A DNA stretch of 64,000 nucleotides from a phage, in the sequence record PZ154896.1; one strand, 5' to 3'. How positions within the stretch are numbered: position 1 is the stretch's first letter; each line of letters begins with the position of its first letter. Below are positions 1 to 8,799 of the stretch, piece by piece. The notes below the pieces were generated by a model. It had not been told where the DNA came from, did no database searches, and saw nothing but the letters and a program-made list of their open reading frames with translations. Position numbers and translations under genes: made by a program.

Positions 1-195
1 TTTTTCGACTAAACCTTTCTTAATCAATACACCAATGTTAGAGTTAACAACCGATGCATTGTATTCCGCTTCCAGAGCTTCACGGACATTGGCAGCAGTG
101 GTGAAGTTGTTCTTAATGATATAAACCATTATTGCAGCAGTTTTTTCATTCAGAGCGTTTTCAGAAGCTTTGATGATGTAAGTAACTTTAGACAT
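1..195 (-). CDS. motA: MotA middle-transcription activator, N-terminal part (gene continues beyond window start)
   Basis: Minus-strand ATG ~195 with GGAG RBS; translation MSKVTYIIKASENALNEKTAAIM...NSNIGVLIKKGLVE matches T4 MotA N-terminus from memory. Confidence 0.8.
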   Translation of the reverse strand, partial: MSKVTYIIKASENALNEKTAAIMVYIIKNNFTTAANVREALEAEYNASVVNSNIGVLIKKGLVEK

Positions 196-234
196 TTTAT
201 TTCTCCAATTTGGTTGTTTTGTTTTGATAGGTCT

Positions 235-263
235 ATAATATCATGTTTGAAGCACATGTAAAC
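235..263 (-). promoter_or_regulatory. Early-type promoter (-35 GTTTAC, 17 nt, TGaTATTAT) upstream of motA
   Basis: Read on minus strand; -10 lies in hairpin-forming repeat ggtctat...; followed by conserved aaattggagaa RBS. Confidence 0.5.
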
Positions 264-381
264 TGTTTTGTGAGAAAAAATGCACAAAAAGGAGCCGAAG
301 CTCCCTAATCATGTTTGTCCAACCAGTATAGCCAAATCACTAGTGCAGCTATTGCACCGAGAAATCCTAAGGCTAGGGCAC

Positions 382-1707
382 TCAAAGTGCCTCCAAGTCT
401 TTAGTGTACTCTGTCACAACATCAGTAGACTTCCAATACTCATTTTCTTCTTTCTTAGCTTTAGCTTCTTCTGCCAGTTTACGTGCTTCGTCGGAAGTGA
501 TATGGAAGATGTTAAGGCCTACCAGTTTATCGACATGTTCTTTATACATTTCGATTTGTGCTAGCTCTTCAGTCAAAGCTTTACGAGTCTTGCCCTGAAT
601 CACAATTTCGCCACTGATAACTTTTTTGATGAAGTGTGCCTTAGCAAAAGCAAGTTTAAATGCTTTTTCAGATTCAAGGATTTTGTTGTCAATACGTTTT
701 TGAACGTAAGTCTTACGGACTTCAACAAAATCTTTGATTAAGTCCACTACGTTATCATAGACCGCTAATTTACCCTTTTCATTAATCACTGTGATGTTTT
801 GTGAACGACGTTCGATGAGACTAAAATCTTTCATGATTTTTTCATGACGTAGCTCTTCATCATCAGGCAGCGAATACTCTTTACGGAACTTCACCTTAAA
901 CCCAAAGCCATGTTCACCGCAATCATCTTCCCATGAGATTAGACCTTTGTCTTCCAACGGGTCAAGAACCTTACTCACATACGTTTCACGGTCGAATTTA
1001 TACGGGATTTCAGTTATCTGCATTTGAGTGCGAGATGTGAACTTATATGTTCCGTGAATCTCATAACGCCCATCAACTTCGTGTACTTCACCACGGAATT
1101 CCGGGAATTCAACTTTTGGCTTAGTAACATTTTTACCTTGAAGAGCTTGTAATACAGCCTTTTTGACTGATTTAAAACTATGAGGCAGAATATTTGTTGC
1201 GTAACCAGTTGCAATACCAGAGACACCATTCAAAAGAACTGTCGGAATAATAGGAAGATAGAATTTTGGTGGAATGTGTTCTTTATCTTCATGAGCTGGA
1301 GCATATTCAGTATCTTTATATACGTTATAGAAATTTTTACTTACACGAGCAAAAATATAACGAGATGCTGCAGCTTTTTGGACTGTTCGAGAACCAAAGT
1401 TGCCTTGGCCATCTAACAGTGGATAGTTGTTGTTCCATGTGTTAGCCATCAATGCACCTGCATCTTGTGCAGAAGATTCACCATGGTGATAACCTAAATC
1501 TGCAACACCACCTGCAATTGACGCAAGTTTATGAAATTTTTCTTTATTGCCACGAGCCAAATCTAACGCACGATGAACCACAAAACGTTGAACCGGCTTA
1601 AATCCATCAATCATGTTTGGGATTGCACGGTTTTCAACGGTGTACATCGCGTATGCTAAGGCTTCGTTATCAATAATACTTTTTAGATTACGAGAATTCA
1701 ATTGCAT
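382..1707 (-). CDS. 52: DNA topoisomerase II medium subunit (gp52, GyrA-like)
   Basis: ORF track 441 aa; MQLNSRNLKSIIDNEALAYAMYTVENRAIPNMIDGFKPVQRF... matches T4 gp52. Confidence 0.95.
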   Translation of the reverse strand: MQLNSRNLKSIIDNEALAYAMYTVENRAIPNMIDGFKPVQRFVVHRALDLARGNKEKFHKLASIAGGVADLGYHHGESSAQDAGALMANTWNNNYPLLDGQGNFGSRTVQKAAASRYIFARVSKNFYNVYKDTEYAPAHEDKEHIPPKFYLPIIPTVLLNGVSGIATGYATNILPHSFKSVKKAVLQALQGKNVTKPKVEFPEFRGEVHEVDGRYEIHGTYKFTSRTQMQITEIPYKFDRETYVSKVLDPLEDKGLISWEDDCGEHGFGFKVKFRKEYSLPDDEELRHEKIMKDFSLIERRSQNITVINEKGKLAVYDNVVDLIKDFVEVRKTYVQKRIDNKILESEKAFKLAFAKAHFIKKVISGEIVIQGKTRKALTEELAQIEMYKEHVDKLVGLNIFHITSDEARKLAEEAKAKKEENEYWKSTDVVTEYTKDLEAL

Positions 1708-1711
1708 ATTT

Positions 1712-1852
1712 TCACCATATTAATGAACGAATAGCCATTATAACATCTGAAATGAAAAGCACTACTTGGATTAGCCCAAACATCACACCGTAGTACAGAA
1801 CAGTAAGCAACAACAAGAGCCCGAAGGCTCCTGCTAAGATTTTCTTAATCAT
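1712..1852 (-). CDS. Small hydrophobic membrane peptide (46 aa), ac/stp region
   Basis: Hand-translated MIKKILAGAFGLLLLLTVLYYGVMFGLIQVVLFISDVIMAIRSLIW; start ATG overlaps upstream stop (TAATG); ends just before gene 52 ATG. Confidence 0.4.
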   Translation of the reverse strand: MIKKILAGAFGLLLLLTVLYYGVMFGLIQVVLFISDVIMAIRSLIW

Positions 1853-1998
1853 TACTCGCCTTTTAATACGTTAAAAAGAGCTAAGACCGCTAAGGTACCT
1901 TGTGCCACCGCCTGTTGAAATACTGATGTTTCGCCTGTAACTAAAGTGTTAACGAATAAAAACGACCAACACAACAATGCAATAATCCATGTTACCAT
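1852..1998 (-). CDS. Small membrane protein (48 aa), in the position of T4 ac
   Basis: Hand-translated MVTWIIALLCWSFLFVNTLVTGETSVFQQAVAQGTLAVLALFNVLKGE with GAGGT RBS; identity to ac is positional only. Confidence 0.45.
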   Translation of the reverse strand: MVTWIIALLCWSFLFVNTLVTGETSVFQQAVAQGTLAVLALFNVLKGE

Positions 1999-2010
1999 TT
2001 TAATTACCTC

Positions 2011-2042
2011 AAAAATAAATTAAAGGCCTAACTTAATAGGCC
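2011..2042 (-). terminator. Hairpin plus T-run downstream of ndd
   Basis: ggccta/taggcc stem followed on minus strand by TTTAATTTATTTTT. Confidence 0.4.
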
Positions 2043-2050
2043 CGTATAAA

Positions 2051-2497
2051 TTAGTAACTCTGCAGAATGAATTTGAAATTATCAGCCAGAAGACGGTTCA
2101 TTTCAGTGAGTGTTTGATATTCTGATGTATGGTTGCGAGTGAATGCCAGAGCCAATTGACCTTTACCATAACCAGTGGTCAGTGGTTTCATGTTCTTAGC
2201 TGCAACAAAGATTACATCATATTCAATATTGTTAGTGCCCATAGTACGGGCTAATTGCGAACGGCCTTGACGAATGTGAGAAAGAATTGCATCCAACCCT
2301 TGTTTAGAACGTTGACGTCCTACAAAGAATCGTGCTGCTACTTGACGCCAATCGGATGAACCTTTAACAAAGAAGTAAAAACCTTCACGAGAACGAAACT
2401 CTTTAGAAACTTCAGAACCGTATTCGCCATTACGAACTACTGCAACAACTTCACCGCCAACTGCCAGAAGGTCTTTACGAGTTAAATATTTGGACAT
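2051..2497 (-). CDS. ndd: Nucleoid disruption protein Ndd
   Basis: 148 aa; ...[30 protein letters not shown]...[20 protein letters not shown]...NFKFILQSY resembles T4 Ndd; position rIIB-ndd-52 conserved. Confidence 0.75.
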   Translation of the reverse strand: MSKYLTRKDLLAVGGEVVAVVRNGEYGSEVSKEFRSREGFYFFVKGSSDWRQVAARFFVGRQRSKQGLDAILSHIRQGRSQLARTMGTNNIEYDVIFVAAKNMKPLTTGYGKGQLALAFTRNHTSEYQTLTEMNRLLADNFKFILQSY

Positions 2498-2541
2498 GTT
2501 AATTTCCTCAATTGATTAATGTTTTTGTAATCCATGAGAGC

Positions 2542-2571
2542 ATTATACTCTGCTCTCAAGAGTTTGTACAA
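2542..2571 (-). promoter_or_regulatory. Early promoter cassette (TTGTAC, 18 nt, TATAAT in hairpin tgagagc/gctctca) upstream of ndd
   Basis: Near-identical copy of this cassette occurs again at ~46121-46160. Confidence 0.5.
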
Positions 2572-2573
2572 TT

Positions 2574-2774
2574 TTATTCGGCTATATCAGAACGCTCAAA
2601 AAGCTCTTCAACAGTTAAACATTCAGTGTCATCTTCAATAAAGAATCGAGTCCAACACGTTGGGGCGATACAGTTATGGGTTTGTCCGGCGATAGAAGCT
2701 ACACGAATAAGCTGCTGACCATTATTCAGAACAAATTTTTCACCAATTTCAACATCTTTAAAAAGCTTAGCCAT
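2574..2774 (-). CDS. Hypothetical protein (66 aa)
   Basis: ORF track; own promoter cassette upstream. Confidence 0.5.
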   Translation of the reverse strand: MAKLFKDVEIGEKFVLNNGQQLIRVASIAGQTHNCIAPTCWTRFFIEDDTECLTVEELFERSDIAE

Positions 2775-2802
2775 TTTGTGTTCCTCATGTTTCAGTAGGA
2801 CT

Positions 2803-2832
2803 ACTATACCATAATCCTACCTTGTTGTAAAC
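2803..2832 (-). promoter_or_regulatory. Early promoter cassette (GTTTAC, 18 nt, TGgTATAGT; hairpin gtagga/tcctac)
   Basis: Sequence pattern on minus strand. Confidence 0.5.
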
Positions 2833-2834
2833 AA

Positions 2835-2945
2835 TTAAATTACATTAAAATATGTTAAAGCCAACCATGATCCAGTGAACGAACATGCGATGTAAAAACC
2901 CGTATCACAAATTGTTCTTAGTACAATAATAAGTGCATTTTTCAT
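2835..2945 (-). CDS. Small hydrophobic peptide (36 aa)
   Basis: Hand-translated MKNALIIVLRTICDTGFYIACSFTGSWLALTYFNVI with GAGGT RBS; below track size cutoff. Confidence 0.3.
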   Translation of the reverse strand: MKNALIIVLRTICDTGFYIACSFTGSWLALTYFNVI

Positions 2946-3024
2946 AAGTACCTCAATACAATTGAAAATACTATACAAATCATAGGGATACTAAGAAACC
3001 ATATTCCGATCCACATTTTAGAGC

Positions 3025-3288
3025 TCATATCTCAACTTCCGCGAGTTCCATATATCCTTTGTTGATAACCTCTTTAAGGTCTTTAGAAAGAATAACACTA
3101 AAATGGTCGTTCATATGTCCATTAACCAGACGAGTTATTTCGGCTTCAGATGACATATAAGGCACGTCTGAGTCCCAATGAGATAGACCCAAATGGGTAT
3201 AAATCATCCCTTCGTCATCTGCAGTGTTGTACATTGAAACAAATTCGCCTGTTACTTTATGTTTTGCGTAGAAAAATTTAAATTTCAT
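3025..3288 (-). CDS. Hypothetical protein (87 aa)
   Basis: ORF track; promoter cassette at 3315-3344. Confidence 0.55.
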   Translation of the reverse strand: MKFKFFYAKHKVTGEFVSMYNTADDEGMIYTHLGLSHWDSDVPYMSSEAEITRLVNGHMNDHFSVILSKDLKEVINKGYMELAEVEI

Positions 3289-3314
3289 GATGTTATCCTC
3301 TTTTAGATAGGACT

Positions 3315-3344
3315 ACTATATCATAGTCCTACTTAGTTGTAAAC
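3315..3344 (-). promoter_or_regulatory. Early promoter cassette (GTTTAC, 18 nt, TGaTATAGT; hairpin aggact/agtcct)
   Basis: Sequence pattern on minus strand. Confidence 0.5.
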
Positions 3345-3356
3345 ACTTTTATGAAA

Positions 3357-3833
3357 TTAAAGTTGAAGATACCACCCGTTGTAGTTGCTCTTGCGGACGA
3401 TTTTCTTTAGGTCTTCATGGTCTCCCACGAACTTTATAGAATAAGAGAAGACGTCAGGTGAGGTTTCTTTGACATCTAATATAATAATGCAATCTGCGAC
3501 TCGATGGTTCAAGAAGGGCCCTATGTTGATTCCGTTGCCACCTGGATAATCACCACTGTATCCTGTGGTAACAGAAATCCATTTAGAATCTATCTGGTGT
3601 GTCTTGACTTCTACACGAATTCCACAATACTTGGGGTGGGCTAACACGTCCCATGCATACGTGTACGGGTCTTCTACGTCTTCAATACCTTTATTAACAT
3701 ATCCGTCTAGCCAATTTGCTACTACATACTCTGCAAAGACCGCAACCTTACAACGTCGAACTACATCTTCTTTGTTTTGGTCAGGATTTTGGCTCAGGGA
3801 ATACCGAGCAGTGTCAGCAATCTTCACCTTCAT
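3357..3833 (-). CDS. Hypothetical protein (denB/ndd region); start uncertain, ORF open to 3977
   Basis: ORF track 206 aa overlapping upstream gene; first ATG after upstream stop gives ~158 aa. Confidence 0.45.
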   Translation of the reverse strand: MKVKIADTARYSLSQNPDQNKEDVVRRCKVAVFAEYVVANWLDGYVNKGIEDVEDPYTYAWDVLAHPKYCGIRVEVKTHQIDSKWISVTTGYSGDYPGGNGINIGPFLNHRVADCIIILDVKETSPDVFSYSIKFVGDHEDLKKIVRKSNYNGWYLQL

Positions 3834-3849
3834 TTCACTAGTCAAAAAC

Positions 3850-4137
3850 TCATTCGACAGGATAAATGTCGGAAGATTCTTCAGTCTCAACAGTCCCAAG
3901 TTCGTCTTTACCATAGATACCTCTGATGTGTAGTTCGCCAAAATAAATGCGGTCACCTTCTTCAAGATATTCTGCATCTACAGGCGGAATTTCAATAACA
4001 ACTTCGTCGCATTCTAACCACCCGTAGTGTGCATCGCCAGGATGTTTTACCAATTTAGCGCAATAAACTGATTTACACTTATGATGACCACGAAGATTAG
4101 CAATTTTGGATTCTGATACGTCAAATGGATGAATCAT
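3850..4137 (-). CDS. Hypothetical Cys/His-rich protein (95 aa)
   Basis: ORF track (start trimmed to MIHPFDV with AGGGG RBS); motif HHKCKSVYCAKLVKHPGDAHYGWLEC. Confidence 0.5.
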   Translation of the reverse strand: MIHPFDVSESKIANLRGHHKCKSVYCAKLVKHPGDAHYGWLECDEVVIEIPPVDAEYLEEGDRIYFGELHIRGIYGKDELGTVETEESSDIYPVE

Positions 4138-4149
4138 AATTACCCCTAA

Positions 4150-4174
4150 AGAAAAAAAGGGGACCAAAGTCCCC
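4150..4174 (-). terminator. Rho-independent terminator after rIIB
   Basis: ggggac-caaa-gtcccc stem with 7-nt A-run on plus strand (U-run on minus transcript). Confidence 0.55.
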
Positions 4175-4179
4175 AATTA

Positions 4180-5127
4180 TTATTCTACAAATAATTCAGT
4201 AACGTCTGAAATTACTTCATAACGACAAGTACGCATCTTAGCATCACCATAGTCAACTGGGATAGATACAACATCACGTGGATGAACTTTAACCTTAACA
4301 ACTTTATCTGAGCTAGAACCAAAGTAACGAATATACGATTTAGCGCAAACATGTAGACCACGGGAGCAGGTTTGTGTATCATCATCGTTAACACGAGTAC
4401 GAGGCATTGAAACAACTTTACCAGGCGAGTTATCAAATGTGCCGCTATAGCAATCTAAATAGTCCTTACGAACTACTTTCCATGCGTAGAAATGTCCATC
4501 TTCAGTGATTTCAATATCGTTTGCAACCAAGAAGTCGAATAAACGTTGTACAGCTTTTTCGCTTGGGTTTTCTAACAGGTTTTCAAGGAACGGCAGATAG
4601 AATTTAAAGTCTTCGCCTTTTTCCATAGAATCAATAATACGATTAACCAGGCCAGAACGAATCTCTATACCTTGATAAAATAAACTACCACCTTCAATAA
4701 CAACATTACCGTCAACAAACTTACTAATAGCTTTCTTGATGTTAATAAGTTCGACAGCTTTACTAAGGTTTCCTGCGACCAGATTAGCTTTAATTTCTTC
4801 AAAATTTGCATGACTTGATGGAGTCGCATTGTATGCTACGCGTCCTTCAATAATTGAAATAAATTTAGATGACGCGTTCCATACGATTTCAGGACGATGT
4901 CCGCCGATAATAGGTTCATCATTTTCTGGAACTTCTTCGATTACATAAGAGGCATCGTTTGCTTCAGGGACAACGCCTTCTGCTTTAAAATTCTTAACAA
5001 TCTTACGAAGAGTATCTGTTGAAATGTCGAAGTAATCGGCAATTTCTTTACGAGTCCATTTGCCTGATTCAACCAGGCCGTAAGCTTCTAACTGTTCTTC
5101 TTGGGACAAGCATTTAATATTGTACAT
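4180..5127 (-). CDS. rIIB: rIIB
   Basis: 315 aa; MYNIKCLSQEEQLEAYGLVESGKWTRKEIADYF... resembles T4 rIIB; adjacent to rIIA. Confidence 0.85.
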   Translation of the reverse strand: MYNIKCLSQEEQLEAYGLVESGKWTRKEIADYFDISTDTLRKIVKNFKAEGVVPEANDASYVIEEVPENDEPIIGGHRPEIVWNASSKFISIIEGRVAYNATPSSHANFEEIKANLVAGNLSKAVELINIKKAISKFVDGNVVIEGGSLFYQGIEIRSGLVNRIIDSMEKGEDFKFYLPFLENLLENPSEKAVQRLFDFLVANDIEITEDGHFYAWKVVRKDYLDCYSGTFDNSPGKVVSMPRTRVNDDDTQTCSRGLHVCAKSYIRYFGSSSDKVVKVKVHPRDVVSIPVDYGDAKMRTCRYEVISDVTELFVE

Positions 5128-5136
5128 AATGTTTCC

Positions 5137-7350
5137 TTATTTGGCCGCTTCCACGGCCTTCATGAATTTAACGATTTGAGCGACCTGTTCTTTGGAAAGA
5201 GTACCACGTCGTCCCATGTATTCTGACACAATATGATAATTGGTTTCGAATTCAATAACCATTTTATCATCATTATCGTAAGCATTATCTTTAAGCTTAT
5301 CGAAAATTTTAGCACACAATTCTAACTTCCTGTTCAGGTCTCTGTTATCAGCACCTGCGAATCGATTCCATCCCCAACGATTATTTACTGTTGAAAGTTT
5401 TGCAAAGTCTTTACTGATTTCTTTGTTCTTAGAGCTAAAATACTTACTAAGGAAGTTAAGCTCTTCATTACGAGTAATATGATTCAAATAAGGCTGGGCT
5501 CTACGACTTGGTGATACATACTCATCATAATCCACTTTATCAATTAGCATAATATAGTCATTAATTGATTTTTCAAACAAACATTCTACTTCACCAAGTT
5601 TACGAACTTTCTTAGCAATCTGTGGACGGACTACAGTGAACTCTTTAATACCTGACAAATCAGCAATACGAGTCAAGAAACTAGAATCATAGTTCAACCA
5701 ACCTTTATTTGCGTCAAGACATTCAGCGTTAAAACGATTACGAATTACAACATAACCTTGGATTTCATCAGCTTTACCGGCCGGAATAAAGAGATCTTCT
5801 GATACCCAAACATCGTTTTCATTCTTAAAGAATCGATGAGCACTTGGCGATTTAGGACGAGGCTCATTAGTCCGTTTCCTGACTTCAATCCATGGCTTAA
5901 CGATTTGTAAAAGCTCTGAAGTCTTGTACATGTTAATGTTGTCGCCATCAAAGATAACTTTAAGGCGTTCCAGAAGTTTCATTGCATCTTCGTCTGTAGG
6001 GTCAACGAATAGTACGCTTTTACCAAAACCGCGTGGAACTTTACCGGTTAATTTAACCTCGTCTTTAGACATTTCAATTGAATTAAGAGCTCGCATTAAT
6101 GGAACGCGTCCCTTAACGTCGTCAATAACAATTTCAACATTTTTAATGTTAATGCCAATCAGACTGTTAATTGAAATGGTTGCCGTTGAGCTACCGCTTT
6201 CACGAATACGACGAAGACGAGGGGATTCAACGATATCGTATACGACACCAAGATTACACCACTCAGGCCCCATTTTAAAACGTTTGTACAACTCGGAATA
6301 AGTTAGTTGTTCTTTAGAGTATTTCAGTGATTCAATATTAGACCCAGCCTTTTCCATGTATTTACGAGCGGTATAGCCAAGAGAATCAATTTCACGGAAC
6401 ACATGACGTGGGTATTTACAATCAATCCATTTCTTAGAATCTTCAGCGAACAATTTAGCATCGATTTCTGCAACGCGTTTATGGATATTTGCTACTGTAC
6501 GTTTATCAAATGACAATGCTTCACGAGACGGGGCTACATCTAGTTCACCCATAGGGAATTTAATATAAGCTGTAGTGCATCGCGTCATCATCCATGTTTG
6601 TTCTTTAATAACACTTCCGATTGGATATACAATACCACCATAAACAGCCATGATATTACCACGTTCACCCCATGGAGCTTCCTTGGCCAAATATACATCA
6701 TCGAATTCCGGGAAGTATTTGATATCTTTAACACCACGAACTTCTGCAATATCGCCGAGAGGACGCATAACATAAGCAATTTCGGATGCGAACTTTTCAA
6801 AATCTTCTGGGTTAACAGGCACAACTACTTCAACGCCGGTCCGGTCATCAGGACCCATCTTATCTACGAAGGTTGGCTTAATTTGTGGGCCTGTGTCATC
6901 TTGGTAGATTACGTAACCACGAACTTCACCATTGTGATAAGAAGTAAGGTTAAACGTATCAGTATATGCTAATGGAGCTTTAGAGCCGAGCCCGAATCCA
7001 CCAATGAAATCGTTACTCGATGTTTTAGTTGAAGCAAAATATGAGTTATAGATTCCTGGCTCTTCGTCATTACCTCGAATGGTGAAATCACTCATACCAG
7101 GACCAAAGTCTCGAACTACAAAACGTGGGTCTAAACGACCTGGAGCCTGAACAATAAACTTATCAGTGCAACCATTAAGAATTTGGCCATCGATACAGTT
7201 TGTGATTAATTCACGTACACAAGCCAATTCTTTGTTTGTATAAAGGTCATTAGACAAAATCTTATAAACTTTGCTATTGCCTTGAATAGTAAATGCCGTG
7301 CTCTTACCGCCTGAACCAATAATCGTTTCTTTAGCCGTTTCAATAATCAT
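5137..7350 (-). CDS. rIIA: rIIA (N-terminal GHKL-type ATPase fold)
   Basis: 737 aa; size and position match T4 rIIA; NCIDGQ and DFGPGM ATPase-like motifs. Confidence 0.85.
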   Translation of the reverse strand: MIIETAKETIIGSGGKSTAFTIQGNSKVYKILSNDLYTNKELACVRELITNCIDGQILNGCTDKFIVQAPGRLDPRFVVRDFGPGMSDFTIRGNDEEPGIYNSYFASTKTSSNDFIGGFGLGSKAPLAYTDTFNLTSYHNGEVRGYVIYQDDTGPQIKPTFVDKMGPDDRTGVEVVVPVNPEDFEKFASEIAYVMRPLGDIAEVRGVKDIKYFPEFDDVYLAKEAPWGERGNIMAVYGGIVYPIGSVIKEQTWMMTRCTTAYIKFPMGELDVAPSREALSFDKRTVANIHKRVAEIDAKLFAEDSKKWIDCKYPRHVFREIDSLGYTARKYMEKAGSNIESLKYSKEQLTYSELYKRFKMGPEWCNLGVVYDIVESPRLRRIRESGSSTATISINSLIGINIKNVEIVIDDVKGRVPLMRALNSIEMSKDEVKLTGKVPRGFGKSVLFVDPTDEDAMKLLERLKVIFDGDNINMYKTSELLQIVKPWIEVRKRTNEPRPKSPSAHRFFKNENDVWVSEDLFIPAGKADEIQGYVVIRNRFNAECLDANKGWLNYDSSFLTRIADLSGIKEFTVVRPQIAKKVRKLGEVECLFEKSINDYIMLIDKVDYDEYVSPSRRAQPYLNHITRNEELNFLSKYFSSKNKEISKDFAKLSTVNNRWGWNRFAGADNRDLNRKLELCAKIFDKLKDNAYDNDDKMVIEFETNYHIVSEYMGRRGTLSKEQVAQIVKFMKAVEAAK

Positions 7351-7362
7351 ATTTTTCTCTCA

Positions 7363-7563
7363 TCACAAGTTACGTTTAAAAATTTCTGCCACTTCAAGAA
7401 GTTCTTCTTTAGTAGCTGTATCGGTTTGTATTTTATATCGAATTTCTTTAAAGCGTTCTTTAAAAGACTCTGCCGACTCGATATCAAAAAATCTTTGGAT
7501 AAGCCGGAATTCCCGGAGCACAGCTTTATCAAAAAGTTCCAAGTCCACGTTATATGTTCTCAT
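7363..7563 (-). CDS. Hypothetical protein (rIIA.1 position)
   Basis: ORF track 66 aa immediately upstream of rIIA. Confidence 0.5.
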   Translation of the reverse strand: MRTYNVDLELFDKAVLREFRLIQRFFDIESAESFKERFKEIRYKIQTDTATKEELLEVAEIFKRNL

Positions 7564-7588
7564 AATATTCTCTTCAGTAGATTCCTAG

Positions 7589-7639
7589 GGCACTATTACT
7601 AAAGACCATATAATCTATCATCTTATGTGTAATAGTGCC
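7589..7639. repeat. 11-bp inverted repeat (ggcactattac / gtaatagtgcc) with ~29-nt loop
   Basis: Seen directly between the candidate transferase gene and the rIIA.1-like gene. Confidence 0.5.
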
Positions 7640-7655
7640 TCAGGCTATTCAGGAT

Positions 7656-8756
7656 TTACGCTGTGAAGATTTTATCCCACATCGCAACAACTGCATCTCG
7701 GTTATACTTCTTCCATACTGCTTCAGCACGTTTAACTCGAGCTTCGTATGTGTCAGTGAATTCTAATACAGCTTTTGTGTAAAGCGCAACTACTTCTTTC
7801 TTAGGAGTAGAGGAATCAATTTCTACACGCACAGTATCTGGGTCGTATTCAAATGTCGCATGAGGATAATCCTTAAAAACTAACTGGATTACAGGGACAC
7901 CTTTAGAGATGGCTTCAATAGAACTATTCTCTACTGTACCTGTGTCAGGACAAGTATTAATAAGTGCTTTAGCTGTTTTAAGACGTTCCATGATTTCACT
8001 GTGTGGGGCATCAATAATAACAGGATATTTAGATGGTGGTGCCCATTTGCTTGGACAGTATCCTACACCATTTTCGCCTAGTGCTTTAATCGCTTCAAGA
8101 GCAACATCAGTACGACGCATTTTAGTGTCATAACGTTGTGCACTAATAATCAGATCAGTCGCCGGAAGAACTTCAGGTTTCTCATTCAAACAAATAACCG
8201 GATAATCTTCGGCTTCAAACAACGGATTTGCTCGCCAATAATCATAATCAATTTTGTCAGTCAGACCTGAAGTCATATGGCAATATTTACGTTCAAATTC
8301 ACGGAAGGCTTTAGTAGGAGCATAACTCTTACCACCATTCTTATGAATTTGAATAGTCTGGTCCCAAATTTGAACAATGCCACGAGATACTGGTTCAAAT
8401 GGTGTTGCCATAAAATTCTTATGAACTTTAGAGAGACCTGCGTCTTTAATTGCCTGAACGGTTAGTTTAGTCGGTTCCATAGTAACAACAAAATCGTATT
8501 CATGGATGCCGGCTAGTTCAACAATCTTACGAGCCATAGTATAACTCATACCTAGACTGAATTTAGTCAGATGACCAACAGGATGGTGTGTAACTTTCCA
8601 GTCACCAAACGTGTCATTATCAAAGCCGATATAATCAATATCAGCACCGATGGACACAAGATATTTCAACACATTTAAATGTACTGCTTCAAGGCCACCT
8701 TGTACACGGTCAGGATTAAATGGGACTGCGCGAGATGGGATAAACATAACTTTCAT
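7656..8756 (-). CDS. Candidate DNA sugar transferase (position of the RB69 putative arabinosyl-hmC transferase)
   Basis: 366-aa ORF between rIIA and gene 39; no match to T4 alpha-/beta-glucosyltransferase as remembered; call is by genomic context. Confidence 0.5.
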   Translation of the reverse strand: MKVMFIPSRAVPFNPDRVQGGLEAVHLNVLKYLVSIGADIDYIGFDNDTFGDWKVTHHPVGHLTKFSLGMSYTMARKIVELAGIHEYDFVVTMEPTKLTVQAIKDAGLSKVHKNFMATPFEPVSRGIVQIWDQTIQIHKNGGKSYAPTKAFREFERKYCHMTSGLTDKIDYDYWRANPLFEAEDYPVICLNEKPEVLPATDLIISAQRYDTKMRRTDVALEAIKALGENGVGYCPSKWAPPSKYPVIIDAPHSEIMERLKTAKALINTCPDTGTVENSSIEAISKGVPVIQLVFKDYPHATFEYDPDTVRVEIDSSTPKKEVVALYTKAVLEFTDTYEARVKRAEAVWKKYNRDAVVAMWDKIFTA

Positions 8757-8760
8757 AATT

Positions 8761-8799
8761 AAGCCTTATTAAAATTAAAATGAAGCTCCCGAAGGAGCT
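8761..8799 (-). terminator. Hairpin (agctcc-cgaa-ggagct) plus T-rich tract after gene 39
   Basis: Seen in sequence; probably partial terminator with read-through. Confidence 0.35.
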
